Source: an uncultured bacterium (GTDB taxonomy: Bacteria > Acidobacteriota > Thermoanaerobaculia > Multivoradales > JAHZIX01). Taken from it: DNA of 64,000 nt. This document shows, in pieces, positions 8,060 through 19,988 of this stretch. Position numbers and translations under genes: made by a program. The notes under the pieces are model-generated. The model saw only the letters and a program-made list of their open reading frames with translations. It ran no database searches and had not been told where the DNA came from. The stretch is from contig CBDUPA010000001.1 in the NCBI GenBank assembly GCA_965368975.1, positions 800,001-864,000 of the forward strand, written 5' to 3'. Within the stretch, counting starts at the first letter, position 1, and each line of letters starts with the position of its first letter.

Positions 8060-11000
8060 TTACTGGCAGGCCGTGACCGTAACGTCGTCCAGGAACCAGC
8101 CATCGCGGGTGATGGAACAGTCCGTGATCGAGGTGAAGGCGATGTAAAGGGTCTGGCCGGCACAGCCGCCGGTGCCACTGGTGATGGCGTCGCAGACCGC
8201 GTCGAGGTCCACCGTCGTGCTCTGGAAGGAGCTCTGGGTGGCGGTGAAGATCGAGAGGCCACCAGCGCCGGTGGGCGGGCAGGCGGTGCTCGACGTGCTG
8301 TTGTAGGTGTGACCGCTGAGCGCCGATGCTGGCACCAGCGTGTAATTGCTGCCGTCCAGCGACACAGCCAGGGTAGCGCCGTCGTAGTTCGTCTCGAACT
8401 GGTAGCGGTGGTCGAAAGTCAGCGTGGTGTTGCTGGCCGTCGATGCCACCGAGATACCGGTGCTGCCCTGAGGTTGGGCGAAGTTGAAGTTGTTGCTGCT
8501 GTAGTTGCCGGTGCAGCCACTGCCGCCGAAGCGGAAGATCTTGCTGCCGTTCGACGCCGAGCAGGTCTGGATGCCACGCCAGCTGGTGACGCTGCCGCCG
8601 CTGACGAAGGTACCGCGCGTCCAGTCGGACAGGCCCGAGCCGCTCTCGAAGCCGTTGCTGTATAGCGTGGTGGTGGAGCAGCTACCGCCGCCGCTCTGGG
8701 TGGTGGCGTTGGTTTCCGCCGAGTTGGCGGACTCACAGCCAGCGACCGCGGTCACCACGTAGTAGTAAGTCGTGCTGGCGGACAGGCCGGTGTCGCTGAA
8801 CGACGTGCCGGTCGGGCTGCCGACGTTGGTGTAGGGACCACCGGTGGAGGTTGCTCGGTAGACGTTGTAGCTGGTGGCGCCGCTGACGGCGGTCCAGCTC
8901 AGGTTGATCTGCGTGCTGCTGGCGGCGGTAGCGCTGACGCCCGTGGGAGCCGACGGCGGCGTGCAACCACCGCTCTGGGTGGTGGCGCTGGCCTGGTTGG
9001 AGTCGCCCGACTCGCAGCCGTTGACCGAGCGTGCGACGTAGTAGTACGTCGTGCTGGCGGTCAGGCCCGTGTCGTTGAACGTCGTGCCGCTGGAGCTGCC
9101 GACGTTGCTGTAGGGGCCGCCGGAAGTCGTCGAACGGTAGACGTTGTAGCTGGTGGCGCCGGAGGCGGCGGTCCAGCTCAGGTCGATCTGACTGCTGCTG
9201 GCGGCGGTGGCACCCAGGCTGGTGGGCGCTGCCGGCGGCGTGCAGCCGCCACCGCTGGTCGGGGTCACCGACACGCAGGTGCTGGGCGCCGAGGCACAGG
9301 CCTCGTTGCCGGTCGGCTGGGCGATCATCTGGTAGTAGTAGGTATAGCCGTTGGCGACATCGTTGTCGGTGTACGACGTGCTACTGCTGTCGTTGACCAC
9401 CTTGGTGAAGCCGGCGTTGCACCCGACCTCGTTGCGGAACAGGTCGTAGACGACGCTACCGGAGTTGGTCCAGGAAGCGCTGACCTGGTTGTTGCCGGGG
9501 CTGACGCTGAGCGTCGGAGCACTGGGCTGGGTGCAGCCGCGGAAGGTGACGTTGGCCGCGGTGTCTGTGGTGCAGGCGATCAGGTGACGGTTGAAGGCGG
9601 CATACAGAGCGCCACCATTGGGGGTACCGTTGCTCAGGTTGCCATCGTCATCGTCCGCGGCGCGGAAGACGCGCCACAGGGTGCCGGTGGCACAGCCACT
9701 GGAGCTCCAGGGCGAGGTGCCGGTGTTGCAGGTGTGCGCCGTGGTGGCGGTGGAGCGGGTGGCGTACCACAGGCGCTCGACGGCGGACCAGGCCGCGCCG
9801 CTGCCCGGGTTGGAGATATCGCGGGTGGCGAAGTCCCACAGGGCTTCCGAGGCGACATAGGACTCACAGTGACCTTCCTTGCCGCAGGGCCCGATGTAGT
9901 TCGGGTTCAGCCAGCTCGGGTTGGGGCAGGTGGTCTGGGTGAAGTTGGCCACCGTGTGGGGCGTACCGGAGGTGTGCTTGGCGTAGTCGATATCGCGCAC
10001 GCCGGAGCAGCTGGTGCAAGCATCGCCGTAGCCGGAGCAGTTGCTGCTCTGGAAGAAGCCATTGCCGATGCAGCTGTTGTGGGTAGCCAGGGCGGCGGTG
10101 AAGTCACCGTAGGTCTCGCCGGTGGCCGGGTTCGAGGACGAACCGTTGCCGTCGTTGGAGTCGAGGCCGTGGCCATACTCGTGCATCGAGATGCCCAGCA
10201 CCTCGCCGGTGTTGCCGCAACCACCGCCGGAGCGGAAGAAGTTGAGCTGACCGCCGCCCCAATAGGCGTTGCAGGTCTGGTTGAGGTTGACGCGCACGGT
10301 CAAGTTGCCCTGAAGCCAGGTGTTGCTGGGCAGCCAGCCGCGGCCGGCTTCCTTGGCGCGGTTGATGTTGTAGTACTGGGTGCGCGCGGCGTGCGTGTTG
10401 CCCGCGCCGCCGGAGCCCGGCGTCGTGCAGTCGGTACCCCCGGAGGTGCCAAATGCCAGATTGCCGGTGCTGCTGTCGCTGAGCGCGATCGAACCGCAGC
10501 TGTCGCTGATCGTGACGTACTGACCGGCCAGGTTGGAGGTCACGGTGCCGCCGGTGTAGTTGTAGATGCCGGCGGAGTTGGTGAAGCCGCTGTTGACGTC
10601 GGCGAACGGCATCGGCAGCACGGTCTCGTTGTTGAAGATGTAGGAGATCGGCCAGACACCGCCGGTGACGCTGGCGTACATGTTGGTGTCGGTGAATTCG
10701 ATCACCTCGCCGGTGGTGGCGTCGATGCGAGCGCGCCAGTTGCCGACCTCGCCCGGCCGGTGGAAGAGCAGCTCCCAGACCTTGATCAGCTCACGGCCCT
10801 GGCCAAACTCGAAGCCATCGGTGACCAGCGCGGGCAGCAGCTTGAGGTTGCCCCGGTCGACGAACTCGTCGTTCATGTCGACGCCGCCGATGTGGGCGGA
10901 GAGCGCTTCCATCGCGTACTCACGGTCGTAGACCGTCGCCGGCATGTCGGCGTTCGGCGCAGGGATGTTCTCGCTGCCGAACTGGATCAGGTTGCCGTTG

Positions 11001-11602
11001 TTGACCCGGAAGACCAGGCGTGCGCCCTCGATCGGCAGGCCTTCCAGGACGATGTCGAAGTCGACGAACCACAGGTAGCCACCATACTCACCGGAACGGC
11101 CCTGGTTGAGCACCAGGCTGGCCGGATCGATACCCATCGATGGCGCCACCTGCTCGGCGAACTCGCGGGCCAGTTTCTCGAGAGTGTCGAGCGAGACGCG
11201 CGAGGTGCGGCTGCGCCCAGATCCGTCGGTGCGACCTTCGGTGCGGGTCAGACGGTTGCCGCGCCCCGGGATCCACGGGATGCCAGCGCCTTCCGCGTAC
11301 TCCAGGCGGCCGGTGCGCTGGTCGACGTAGCCGACCCACTCACCTTCGCTGAGCTGCTGAGCGAAGCTCAGGAAGCCTGCCCAGCCTTCGGTGACCAGCT
11401 CGTCGAGTTGCCCGCGGGCCTTGGTGTTGTCGATCGGCTCGGCCAAGGGCTGGGTCCGCAGGCGCTCGTCGGCGAGTGAGTAGTGAGCCAGGGTACCGGA
11501 CCGTTCCGTGACCATCTGTTGCGCCGAGACGATCGGCGCCAGGGCCAGGGTGACGAGCAAGGTCAGGGTCAGTGCTCGCAAGATTGCTGAGTGACGCTTC
11601 AT
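8060..11602 (-). CDS. Large secreted zinc metalloprotease (M4/M36-like) with three fibronectin type III domains and a C-terminal beta domain
   Basis: Signal peptide; propeptide-like region (W..RIDATTGEVI); CNAYW, HEYGH and downstream GETYGD third ligand; FN3 motifs (LSW, YNVYR, TYYYV); AGGAGG RBS at 11609-11614. Confidence 0.85.
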   Translation of the reverse strand: MKRHSAILRALTLTLLVTLALAPIVSAQQMVTERSGTLAHYSLADERLRTQPLAEPIDNTKARGQLDELVTEGWAGFLSFAQQLSEGEWVGYVDQRTGRLEYAEGAGIPWIPGRGNRLTRTEGRTDGSGRSRTSRVSLDTLEKLAREFAEQVAPSMGIDPASLVLNQGRSGEYGGYLWFVDFDIVLEGLPIEGARLVFRVNNGNLIQFGSENIPAPNADMPATVYDREYAMEALSAHIGGVDMNDEFVDRGNLKLLPALVTDGFEFGQGRELIKVWELLFHRPGEVGNWRARIDATTGEVIEFTDTNMYASVTGGVWPISYIFNNETVLPMPFADVNSGFTNSAGIYNYTGGTVTSNLAGQYVTISDSCGSIALSDSSTGNLAFGTSGGTDCTTPGSGGAGNTHAARTQYYNINRAKEAGRGWLPSNTWLQGNLTVRVNLNQTCNAYWGGGQLNFFRSGGGCGNTGEVLGISMHEYGHGLDSNDGNGSSSNPATGETYGDFTAALATHNSCIGNGFFQSSNCSGYGDACTSCSGVRDIDYAKHTSGTPHTVANFTQTTCPNPSWLNPNYIGPCGKEGHCESYVASEALWDFATRDISNPGSGAAWSAVERLWYATRSTATTAHTCNTGTSPWSSSGCATGTLWRVFRAADDDDGNLSNGTPNGGALYAAFNRHLIACTTDTAANVTFRGCTQPSAPTLSVSPGNNQVSASWTNSGSVVYDLFRNEVGCNAGFTKVVNDSSSTSYTDNDVANGYTYYYQMIAQPTGNEACASAPSTCVSVTPTSGGGCTPPAAPTSLGATAASSSQIDLSWTAASGATSYNVYRSTTSGGPYSNVGSSSGTTFNDTGLTASTTYYYVARSVNGCESGDSNQASATTQSGGCTPPSAPTGVSATAASSTQINLSWTAVSGATSYNVYRATSTGGPYTNVGSPTGTSFSDTGLSASTTYYYVVTAVAGCESANSAETNATTQSGGGSCSTTTLYSNGFESGSGLSDWTRGTFVSGGSVTSWRGIQTCSASNGSKIFRFGGSGCTGNYSSNNFNFAQPQGSTGISVASTASNTTLTFDHRYQFETNYDGATLAVSLDGSNYTLVPASALSGHTYNSTSSTACPPTGAGGLSIFTATQSSFQSTTVDLDAVCDAITSGTGGCAGQTLYIAFTSITDCSITRDGWFLDDVTVTACQ
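8695..9245 (-). repeat. Tandem internal duplication of an FN3 domain (~270 bp x2)
   Basis: CTPPAAPTSLGATAASSSQIDLSWTAASGATSYNVYR vs CTPPSAPTGVSATAASSTQINLSWTAVSGATSYNVYR. Confidence 0.85.
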
Positions 11603-11959
11603 TGAATTCCTCCTAAGGTATAGGCGTCATTGCCTGTTGGTTGAATCGCAGTCGCACGGCGCCATTCCCGTCGCTTCGCCAACGCAGGCTTTGCCCGATG
11701 GTCACGCAATCACCGGATGCCTATGTTGTGCGATTCTGATCAGCCCTTGATGTCTGGAGGATCGGGAGGGCACGCCAGGTGCCTGGAGATCCGATTGCCT
11801 GCCATCATCGGAGAGCTATCTGAAAGATAGGGGAAGGGATCAAAGTGCGGACCCGAGTCTTCTTGAGTACTCAGGAGGATACACCCGAGTTGCCTTGAAT
11901 GCAACGGTTCGTGGTCAACGGAGGTGCCTTGAAGCCACCGCTGGGGCGAGATTCGAGGG

Positions 11960-11997
11960 AAAAAAGAAAACGCGCTTCACGACTAGCGTGAAGCGCG
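11960..11997 (-). terminator. Rho-independent terminator
   Basis: Perfect 11-bp stem CGCGCTTCACG/CGTGAAGCGCG with a 5-nt loop, followed on the minus strand by TTTTCTTTTTT. Confidence 0.88.
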
Positions 11998-12134
11998 GAT
12001 CTGATCTCAGGTTGACGCCTATTGAATCAGGTGGAGAGAGGAGGAGAGCAGCTTGCGTGAAATCTGCTCTGTTGGACGCGCAGGTCCGAAGACCGGCGCG
12101 AAACGGACAACGGGCCCCGTGAGGAGCCCGTTCA
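11960..12134 (-). ncRNA. Candidate structured small RNA or leader RNA, family not recognised
   Basis: Five consecutive hairpins including a C(UUCG)G tetraloop stem and a terminal intrinsic terminator; TATACT -10 hexamer at 12138-12143 immediately upstream. Confidence 0.6.
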
Positions 12135-12213
12135 TGAAGTATAGTGAGCGACGTTACCAAGACCGGGACAACTTTTTTTTTGCCGTATTTCGATCGAGTG
12201 AGGAGGATTCGAG

Positions 12214-14349
12214 ATGAGACGGATGTCTACCGGCCTACAGCGTGCTGTCGTGTCGGTGCTGGTGATGGTTAGTTCTATCTGGGCTAGCTCCGTCTCGGCC
12301 CGTGTCGACTCAGCAGAAGTTCCGGGCAATGTGGTGCTGATCACGCTCGACACGACGCGTGCCGATCACCTCGGTGCCTACGGTTGGTCGCACGCTCGTA
12401 CCCCCCACCTGGACGCGTTGGCGGCACGCGGCACGCGCTTCGAACGCTGTGACACCGTGGCGCCGATCACCCTACCCAGCCACAGTAGCCTGCTCACCGG
12501 CCTGCTACCGCCGCGCCACGGCGTGCGCGACAACGCTACCTTTGTCCTGCCGTCCGAGATCCAGACGATCACCACACGCCTGCGCGCCGCCGGTTTCGAC
12601 ACCGGGGCGGTGGTGTCGGCGGTGGTGCTGGCCCGCCGTCACGGTCTGGACCAGGGTTTCCGTCTCTACGATGACGATCTCGGCTCCGGCTACACGGCCG
12701 GCACGGTGGTGGGGGAGCGGCAAGCCGAAGATACGACGCTGGCCGCCCAGCGTTTGCTGCAACAGCTGAAGCCCCCCTTCTTCTTGTGGGTGCACTACTT
12801 CGACCCGCACGAGGAATACCGACCGCCGACCCAGTTCGCCGATGCCGCCACCGGCCCGCATCGCCGCTACGATGGCGAGATCGCCTACATGGACGCGCAG
12901 GTGGGCGCGCTGCTCGACACGTTGCCCGAGCGCACGCACGTCGCGGTGGTCGGGGATCACGGGGAGATGCTTGGTGACCACGGGGAGTTGACGCACGGCT
13001 TGTTGCTCTACCAGGGAGCGCGCCGCGTGCCGCTGCTGCTGGCGGGGCCCGACGTGCCTACTGGTCACGTCCACAGCTGCCTGGTACGTACCACCGACGT
13101 CGCACCGACGTTACTGCAGTTCGCCGGCGTCGAGATTCCGGCGGGGCTGGACGGCGAGAGCTTGTTGCCGCTGCTGCCGTCGGCGGCCTCCGCGGTCGAC
13201 GATGGGGTACCGGAGTGCCGCGACCGCCTGAGTTACAGCGAGAGCTTCCTGCCGTTTTTCGCCTACCAGTGGTATCCGCTGCGCACCCTGTCCAACGGCC
13301 GCTTTCTCTTCCTACAGGCGCCGGAGAGCAGCCTCTACCAACTCAGCACCGATCCAGGGGAGGTGCGCGATCTGGCCGCCGAGCAGCCGGCGGCAGTACG
13401 TCTCTGGCAGAAGCGGATGCGCGACGTGCTGGCCGAGATGGGGGAGGATCTGGAAGGTGAGATGCGACCCGAGAACGTGATCAGCGACGAGCAGCGTTCG
13501 CAGCTGGAGAGCTTGGGCTATTTGGGAGGTGGCGGCGGTGGAGCGGTGGCGGCCGAGTTGCCGGATCCGCGCACCATGACCGATGTGGCGCAGCAGCTCC
13601 ACGAAGCTTTCGAGCGTGTACAACAAGGTGAGTGCGAGGACGTTCTGCGCACGTTGCAGACCATTGTGCAGCGCGACGCTCACAATTTCCCGGCGCTCAG
13701 CCTGGCGGCCACCTGTCTGCGGGACGGTGGCCGTGTCGAGGACGCCCTGGCGCTCTTCCGGCGCGCTGCCGAGGTCAACCCGCTGTCGCCCAATCCGGTC
13801 GCCAACATCGCTGGTTGCTTGCTGCTGCTCGGCCGCCAGGCTGAAGCCGAAGCCGAGTACCGGCGCGCGTTGGCGCTGGACCCGACGATCGCCGAAGCAG
13901 CGACCAACCTGGCGCGCTTGCTGCGGCAGGCTCGACGCCAGCCACAGGCGCTGACGGTGCTCACTGGCGCCCTCGACGCCGGCAGCCATGATCCCCGGGT
14001 CTACCTGGAGCGCGGGCTGATCTACACCGAGTTGGGGCGGCTAGAGCCGGCGCTCGACGACTTCCGCGAAGCCAGCCGGCGCCAGCCGACGGACGTCACC
14101 TCGCTCGAAAACGCCGCCCGCACCGCCTACCATCTGCGACGGTCGGGCGAAGCGGCCAGTTACTATGAGCGCTTGTTGCTGCTCGAACCGCGGCGCCTGG
14201 ATCTGTGGAAAACACTCGGCGCCGTCTATCACTTCGAGCTGGGCAAGCGAGAGGACGCTCTACGCTGCTTCCGCCGGGCGCTCACGTTGGAGATCGACCC
14301 GGCGGAACGGGGGCAGCTGGAGCAGCTGGTGGCCCAGCTGAGCGGGTAA
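12214..14349 (+). CDS. Sulfatase-like hydrolase/transferase with C-terminal TPR repeats
   Basis: Signal peptide, LDTTRADHL, PITLPSHSSLLTG, HYFDPH, GDHGE, LESLGYL, then TPR repeats. Confidence 0.88.
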   Translation: MRRMSTGLQRAVVSVLVMVSSIWASSVSARVDSAEVPGNVVLITLDTTRADHLGAYGWSHARTPHLDALAARGTRFERCDTVAPITLPSHSSLLTGLLPPRHGVRDNATFVLPSEIQTITTRLRAAGFDTGAVVSAVVLARRHGLDQGFRLYDDDLGSGYTAGTVVGERQAEDTTLAAQRLLQQLKPPFFLWVHYFDPHEEYRPPTQFADAATGPHRRYDGEIAYMDAQVGALLDTLPERTHVAVVGDHGEMLGDHGELTHGLLLYQGARRVPLLLAGPDVPTGHVHSCLVRTTDVAPTLLQFAGVEIPAGLDGESLLPLLPSAASAVDDGVPECRDRLSYSESFLPFFAYQWYPLRTLSNGRFLFLQAPESSLYQLSTDPGEVRDLAAEQPAAVRLWQKRMRDVLAEMGEDLEGEMRPENVISDEQRSQLESLGYLGGGGGGAVAAELPDPRTMTDVAQQLHEAFERVQQGECEDVLRTLQTIVQRDAHNFPALSLAATCLRDGGRVEDALALFRRAAEVNPLSPNPVANIAGCLLLLGRQAEAEAEYRRALALDPTIAEAATNLARLLRQARRQPQALTVLTGALDAGSHDPRVYLERGLIYTELGRLEPALDDFREASRRQPTDVTSLENAARTAYHLRRSGEAASYYERLLLLEPRRLDLWKTLGAVYHFELGKREDALRCFRRALTLEIDPAERGQLEQLVAQLSG

Positions 14350-14353
14350 CGGC

Positions 14354-14785
14354 TCAGCCGCTGCCGCCGCTTTCGCGCCGGTTGATGATCTCCGGATCGC
14401 TGGCGAACACTGTGTCTCGATCCCGGCCGCGCTGTAGGCGGACATAGATCTTGTATGGGTATCTCTGTTCCTTCTCTCCGACGGCCAGGGCAGCGGCGTT
14501 GACTGGCCGGTTGGTATTGACCGTGGTGACGCTTAGACCATTGGGATGGACGCGGGGGATCTTGATCTCGCACTCGGCACCCACCGGGTCCAGGAAGCCG
14601 ATGAATTCAAAGCGCCAGAGCCGAGTGTTGCCGCCGGCCTGTACCCACTCGATGTCGACGACCTCTCCCGGGTCCACGTAGACCTCATCGGGCTCGGCGA
14701 TGACGGCTGGCTGTTTGTCGGGATCGAAGAAAACTTGGATTTGAATCTTGCGGCTGACACTGGCCGCGCCGGGATTACTCGGCAT
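14354..14785 (-). CDS. Small beta-rich protein with C-terminal DPEIIN motif (DP-EP/DUF1888-like)
   Basis: AAGGAG RBS before ATG 14785; 143 aa with alternating beta-strand pattern ending YPYKIYV...ASDPEIINR. Confidence 0.6.
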   Translation of the reverse strand: MPSNPGAASVSRKIQIQVFFDPDKQPAVIAEPDEVYVDPGEVVDIEWVQAGGNTRLWRFEFIGFLDPVGAECEIKIPRVHPNGLSVTTVNTNRPVNAAALAVGEKEQRYPYKIYVRLQRGRDRDTVFASDPEIINRRESGGSG

Positions 14786-14906
14786 CGAATGTCTCCTTGC
14801 GTGCGGGAGCCCGCGGGGGGCGCCCGGGTCAACGGGAGTGTTGGAAGCTTCTGAAGGTTGGAAACTCCAGCATAGCAGAAGTAGCTCCGTGCTCTCCGAG
14901 AGCTGT

Positions 14907-17609
<2,703 letters not shown>

Positions 17610-17624
17610 AGCCGCGCGGAGGGA

Positions 17625-17984
17625 TCAGAGCTCGGCGATCTTGTCGAGCAACTGTTTGTGGTCGAAGGGCTTCTTGATGTAGGCGGCGGCGCCGGCCGAC
17701 ATCGCCCGTTCGGTGTCTTCTTCTTTGCCCTCGGTGCTGATGATCACCACCGGAATGTCGGCGAAGGCCGAGTCAGCCTTGATTTTCTGCAAGAACTCGA
17801 GGCCGTTCATGTTGGGCATGTTGATGTCCAGCAGGATGAGTTCTGCGTCGGCGTGTTCGCCGAGCATGCTCAATCCTTCTCGGCCGTCATGAGCGTGTAC
17901 GACATTGTACTGGCGCAGCATGACGTTGAACATCTTGTGGATCAGCTTGGAGTCGTCGACGACCAGGATCTTTGACGGCTGCAC
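17625..17984 (-). CDS. cheY: Single-domain response regulator (CheY-like)
   Basis: ILVVDDS, LLDINMP (phospho-Asp), ISTEG, YIKKPF; GGAGG RBS before GTG; divergent from cheA. Confidence 0.85.
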   Translation of the reverse strand: MQPSKILVVDDSKLIHKMFNVMLRQYNVVHAHDGREGLSMLGEHADAELILLDINMPNMNGLEFLQKIKADSAFADIPVVIISTEGKEEDTERAMSAGAAAYIKKPFDHKQLLDKIAEL

Positions 17985-18359
17985 GGAACCTCCTGCCAGT
18001 GGCTCTTTCTTGAAGGCCGGTTTCTCAACGGCCAGTAACTGTTCTCAAGGGGGTGAGATCTGCTCGTTCGATCGGAGTCTCTGACTTCGAGGCGCCTCCA
18101 GGGGGGCCGAGGTGCCAGGTTCGAGACGGACCTTCAACTCTCCGAAGGCAAGCGTAGCCGAAGCGCCGGGCCGGTTGCAACATACAGCGTCCGTGATGCG
18201 TCTCTTCGACGGCACTTGACAACCGAGGTTGGCGGCGAAACACTTCCGACTGCTGAAGCTCCGGCTGCTCGGTTGTTGCCCCGCTCGGGTACGTTCCTGA
18301 GCCTGATGGTTCGGGCCGGGTGAGTCGTGCGGATGTTCGGAGGGTGGAGGGTCGATCCG

Positions 18360-19988
18360 TTGGATACTGCATTCCAAGAGCTACTCGAAGATTTTCACCT
18401 CGAGGCCCGGGAGCGCTTGGACAGCGTCGAGGAATTGCTGCTGTCCCTGGCTTCCCAGGACGAGTCCGCCCGCCGTGAATCCATGAACCAGGCTCGTCGC
18501 GAGTTGCACACTTTGAAGGGCAACTCCGGCATGATGGGGTTCAGTGAACTCCAGGAGTTGGCGCACGGCATGGAGGATCGGGTCGACGAACTCGATCCGA
18601 TGGCGCCAGAGGTGGTGGAGCTGCTGCAAGGCGTCGACCGCTTCCGCCAGTTGTTGCACCAGGAAGTGGGCTCGCAACTGGGCGAAGGTGACGACGTTGG
18701 CGACAAAGCGGCCGTCGCGGCGGCAACCGGCAAGGTCGCGGAGACTGGGCAACTGGAGGCCAGTCAGGAGCTGGCGTCTGGCAGTGTGCGCGTGCCGTTC
18801 ACCGAGCTGGATGGTCTGGTGGAGTTGCTGGCGGAGGTACTGCTGTATCGCAATCGTCTGAGTGACTCTCTGGATCGCTTGCACAGCACTCTGCCGTTGC
18901 TGACCAAGGAAATGGCCGATGCCTGGGACGACGTCGGCGATGTCCGGCTGTCGTTCGAGAAGGTGTTGGACTTTCTGCAAGACCGTGTACTGCAGCTGCG
19001 TATGGTGCCGCTGCAGACCCTCTTCCGCCACCTCAATCGAATTGTCCACGACGAAAGTGCCCGCGAAGGCAAGCACGTACGACTGGACACGGAGGGTGGC
19101 GAAACACCGCTCGACAAGGCGCTGCTGGAACTGGCCAGCGAGGCGCTCGGTCACCTGGTGCGCAATGCCGTCAACCACGGTATCGAGGCTCCGTCGGAGC
19201 GCGAGAAGAGCGGCAAGCCGGAGCAGGGGACGATCCGCCTGTCGGCATCGGTGCACGGTCAGGAAGTGCACATCGAGGTGCGCGACGACGGCAGTGGCAT
19301 CGATCCGGAGGTGCTGCGCAAGAGTGCCCAGGAACGGGGGCTCGAGGTCGGTGACGGAGCTAGCGCGGCGGAACTCTACAAGCTCCTTTTCTTAGCTGGC
19401 TTCTCGACGAAAGAGGGGGCCGTCGATCTGTCGGCCGGCCGCGGTATCGGCCTGTCGGCGGTATCGGAGGCGGTCCGTCGACACGGTGGTCGCGTCGAGG
19501 TCGACTCGGATCTTGGCGCGGGAACCCGCTTCTTGCTGCGCCTGCCGCTGTCGGTGTCGATCACCCGTGCGCTCTTCTTGCGCGCCGACGGGGAAGAGTA
19601 CGCTCTGCCACTGGGGGCGGTGGTCGAGAGCTTGCACTACCGGCGCGATGTCTCCAGCCGCGTGCGCCAGACCGAGATCTTCGAGTGGCGCGGGCACTTG
19701 CTACCGGTGCTCGATGTGGGTACCTGCTTCGGCACTGCCAGGGCGTCGCGCGGCCAGGGTTTCGTGGTCGTGATAGAGGCTCTCGGCCGCTACCGAGCAC
19801 TCGTGGTCGACGAGTTGACCGGAATCCGTGACATCGTGGTCAAGGGCCTAGATCCTCTGCTCGGCTCGCCACGCGGTATTTCGGGTTCCAACATCATGGG
19901 CGATGGCCGTGTGGTGTTGATTCTGGACCCGCCGGCGCTGACGGAGATCAGCATCGAGAACCAGGCAGCCGAGGAGCCTTCCGCATGA
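18360..19988 (+). CDS. cheA: Chemotaxis histidine kinase CheA, short form lacking P2
   Basis: Hpt RELHTLKGNS, LRMVP dimerisation motif, HLVRNAVNHGIE, DDGSGID, GFST, GRGIGL, C-terminal CheW-like domain; TTG start after GGAGG. Confidence 0.93.
   Translation: MDTAFQELLEDFHLEARERLDSVEELLLSLASQDESARRESMNQARRELHTLKGNSGMMGFSELQELAHGMEDRVDELDPMAPEVVELLQGVDRFRQLLHQEVGSQLGEGDDVGDKAAVAAATGKVAETGQLEASQELASGSVRVPFTELDGLVELLAEVLLYRNRLSDSLDRLHSTLPLLTKEMADAWDDVGDVRLSFEKVLDFLQDRVLQLRMVPLQTLFRHLNRIVHDESAREGKHVRLDTEGGETPLDKALLELASEALGHLVRNAVNHGIEAPSEREKSGKPEQGTIRLSASVHGQEVHIEVRDDGSGIDPEVLRKSAQERGLEVGDGASAAELYKLLFLAGFSTKEGAVDLSAGRGIGLSAVSEAVRRHGGRVEVDSDLGAGTRFLLRLPLSVSITRALFLRADGEEYALPLGAVVESLHYRRDVSSRVRQTEIFEWRGHLLPVLDVGTCFGTARASRGQGFVVVIEALGRYRALVVDELTGIRDIVVKGLDPLLGSPRGISGSNIMGDGRVVLILDPPALTEISIENQAAEEPSA

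Noticed and set aside
9584-11479. 631-aa plus-strand ORF and many similar long ORFs (134-751, 23412-24557, 24670-25905, 47557-48627, 62889-63941)
   Set aside because: Antisense shadows of well-supported genes; long stop-free frames are expected at this GC content, and they show no motifs.
11960-12134. Known riboswitch (glycine, c-di-AMP, c-di-GMP, TPP, cobalamin) or 6S RNA
   Set aside because: I could not match their conserved cores by eye, and serial hairpins do not fit the 6S rod; an Rfam search is still needed.
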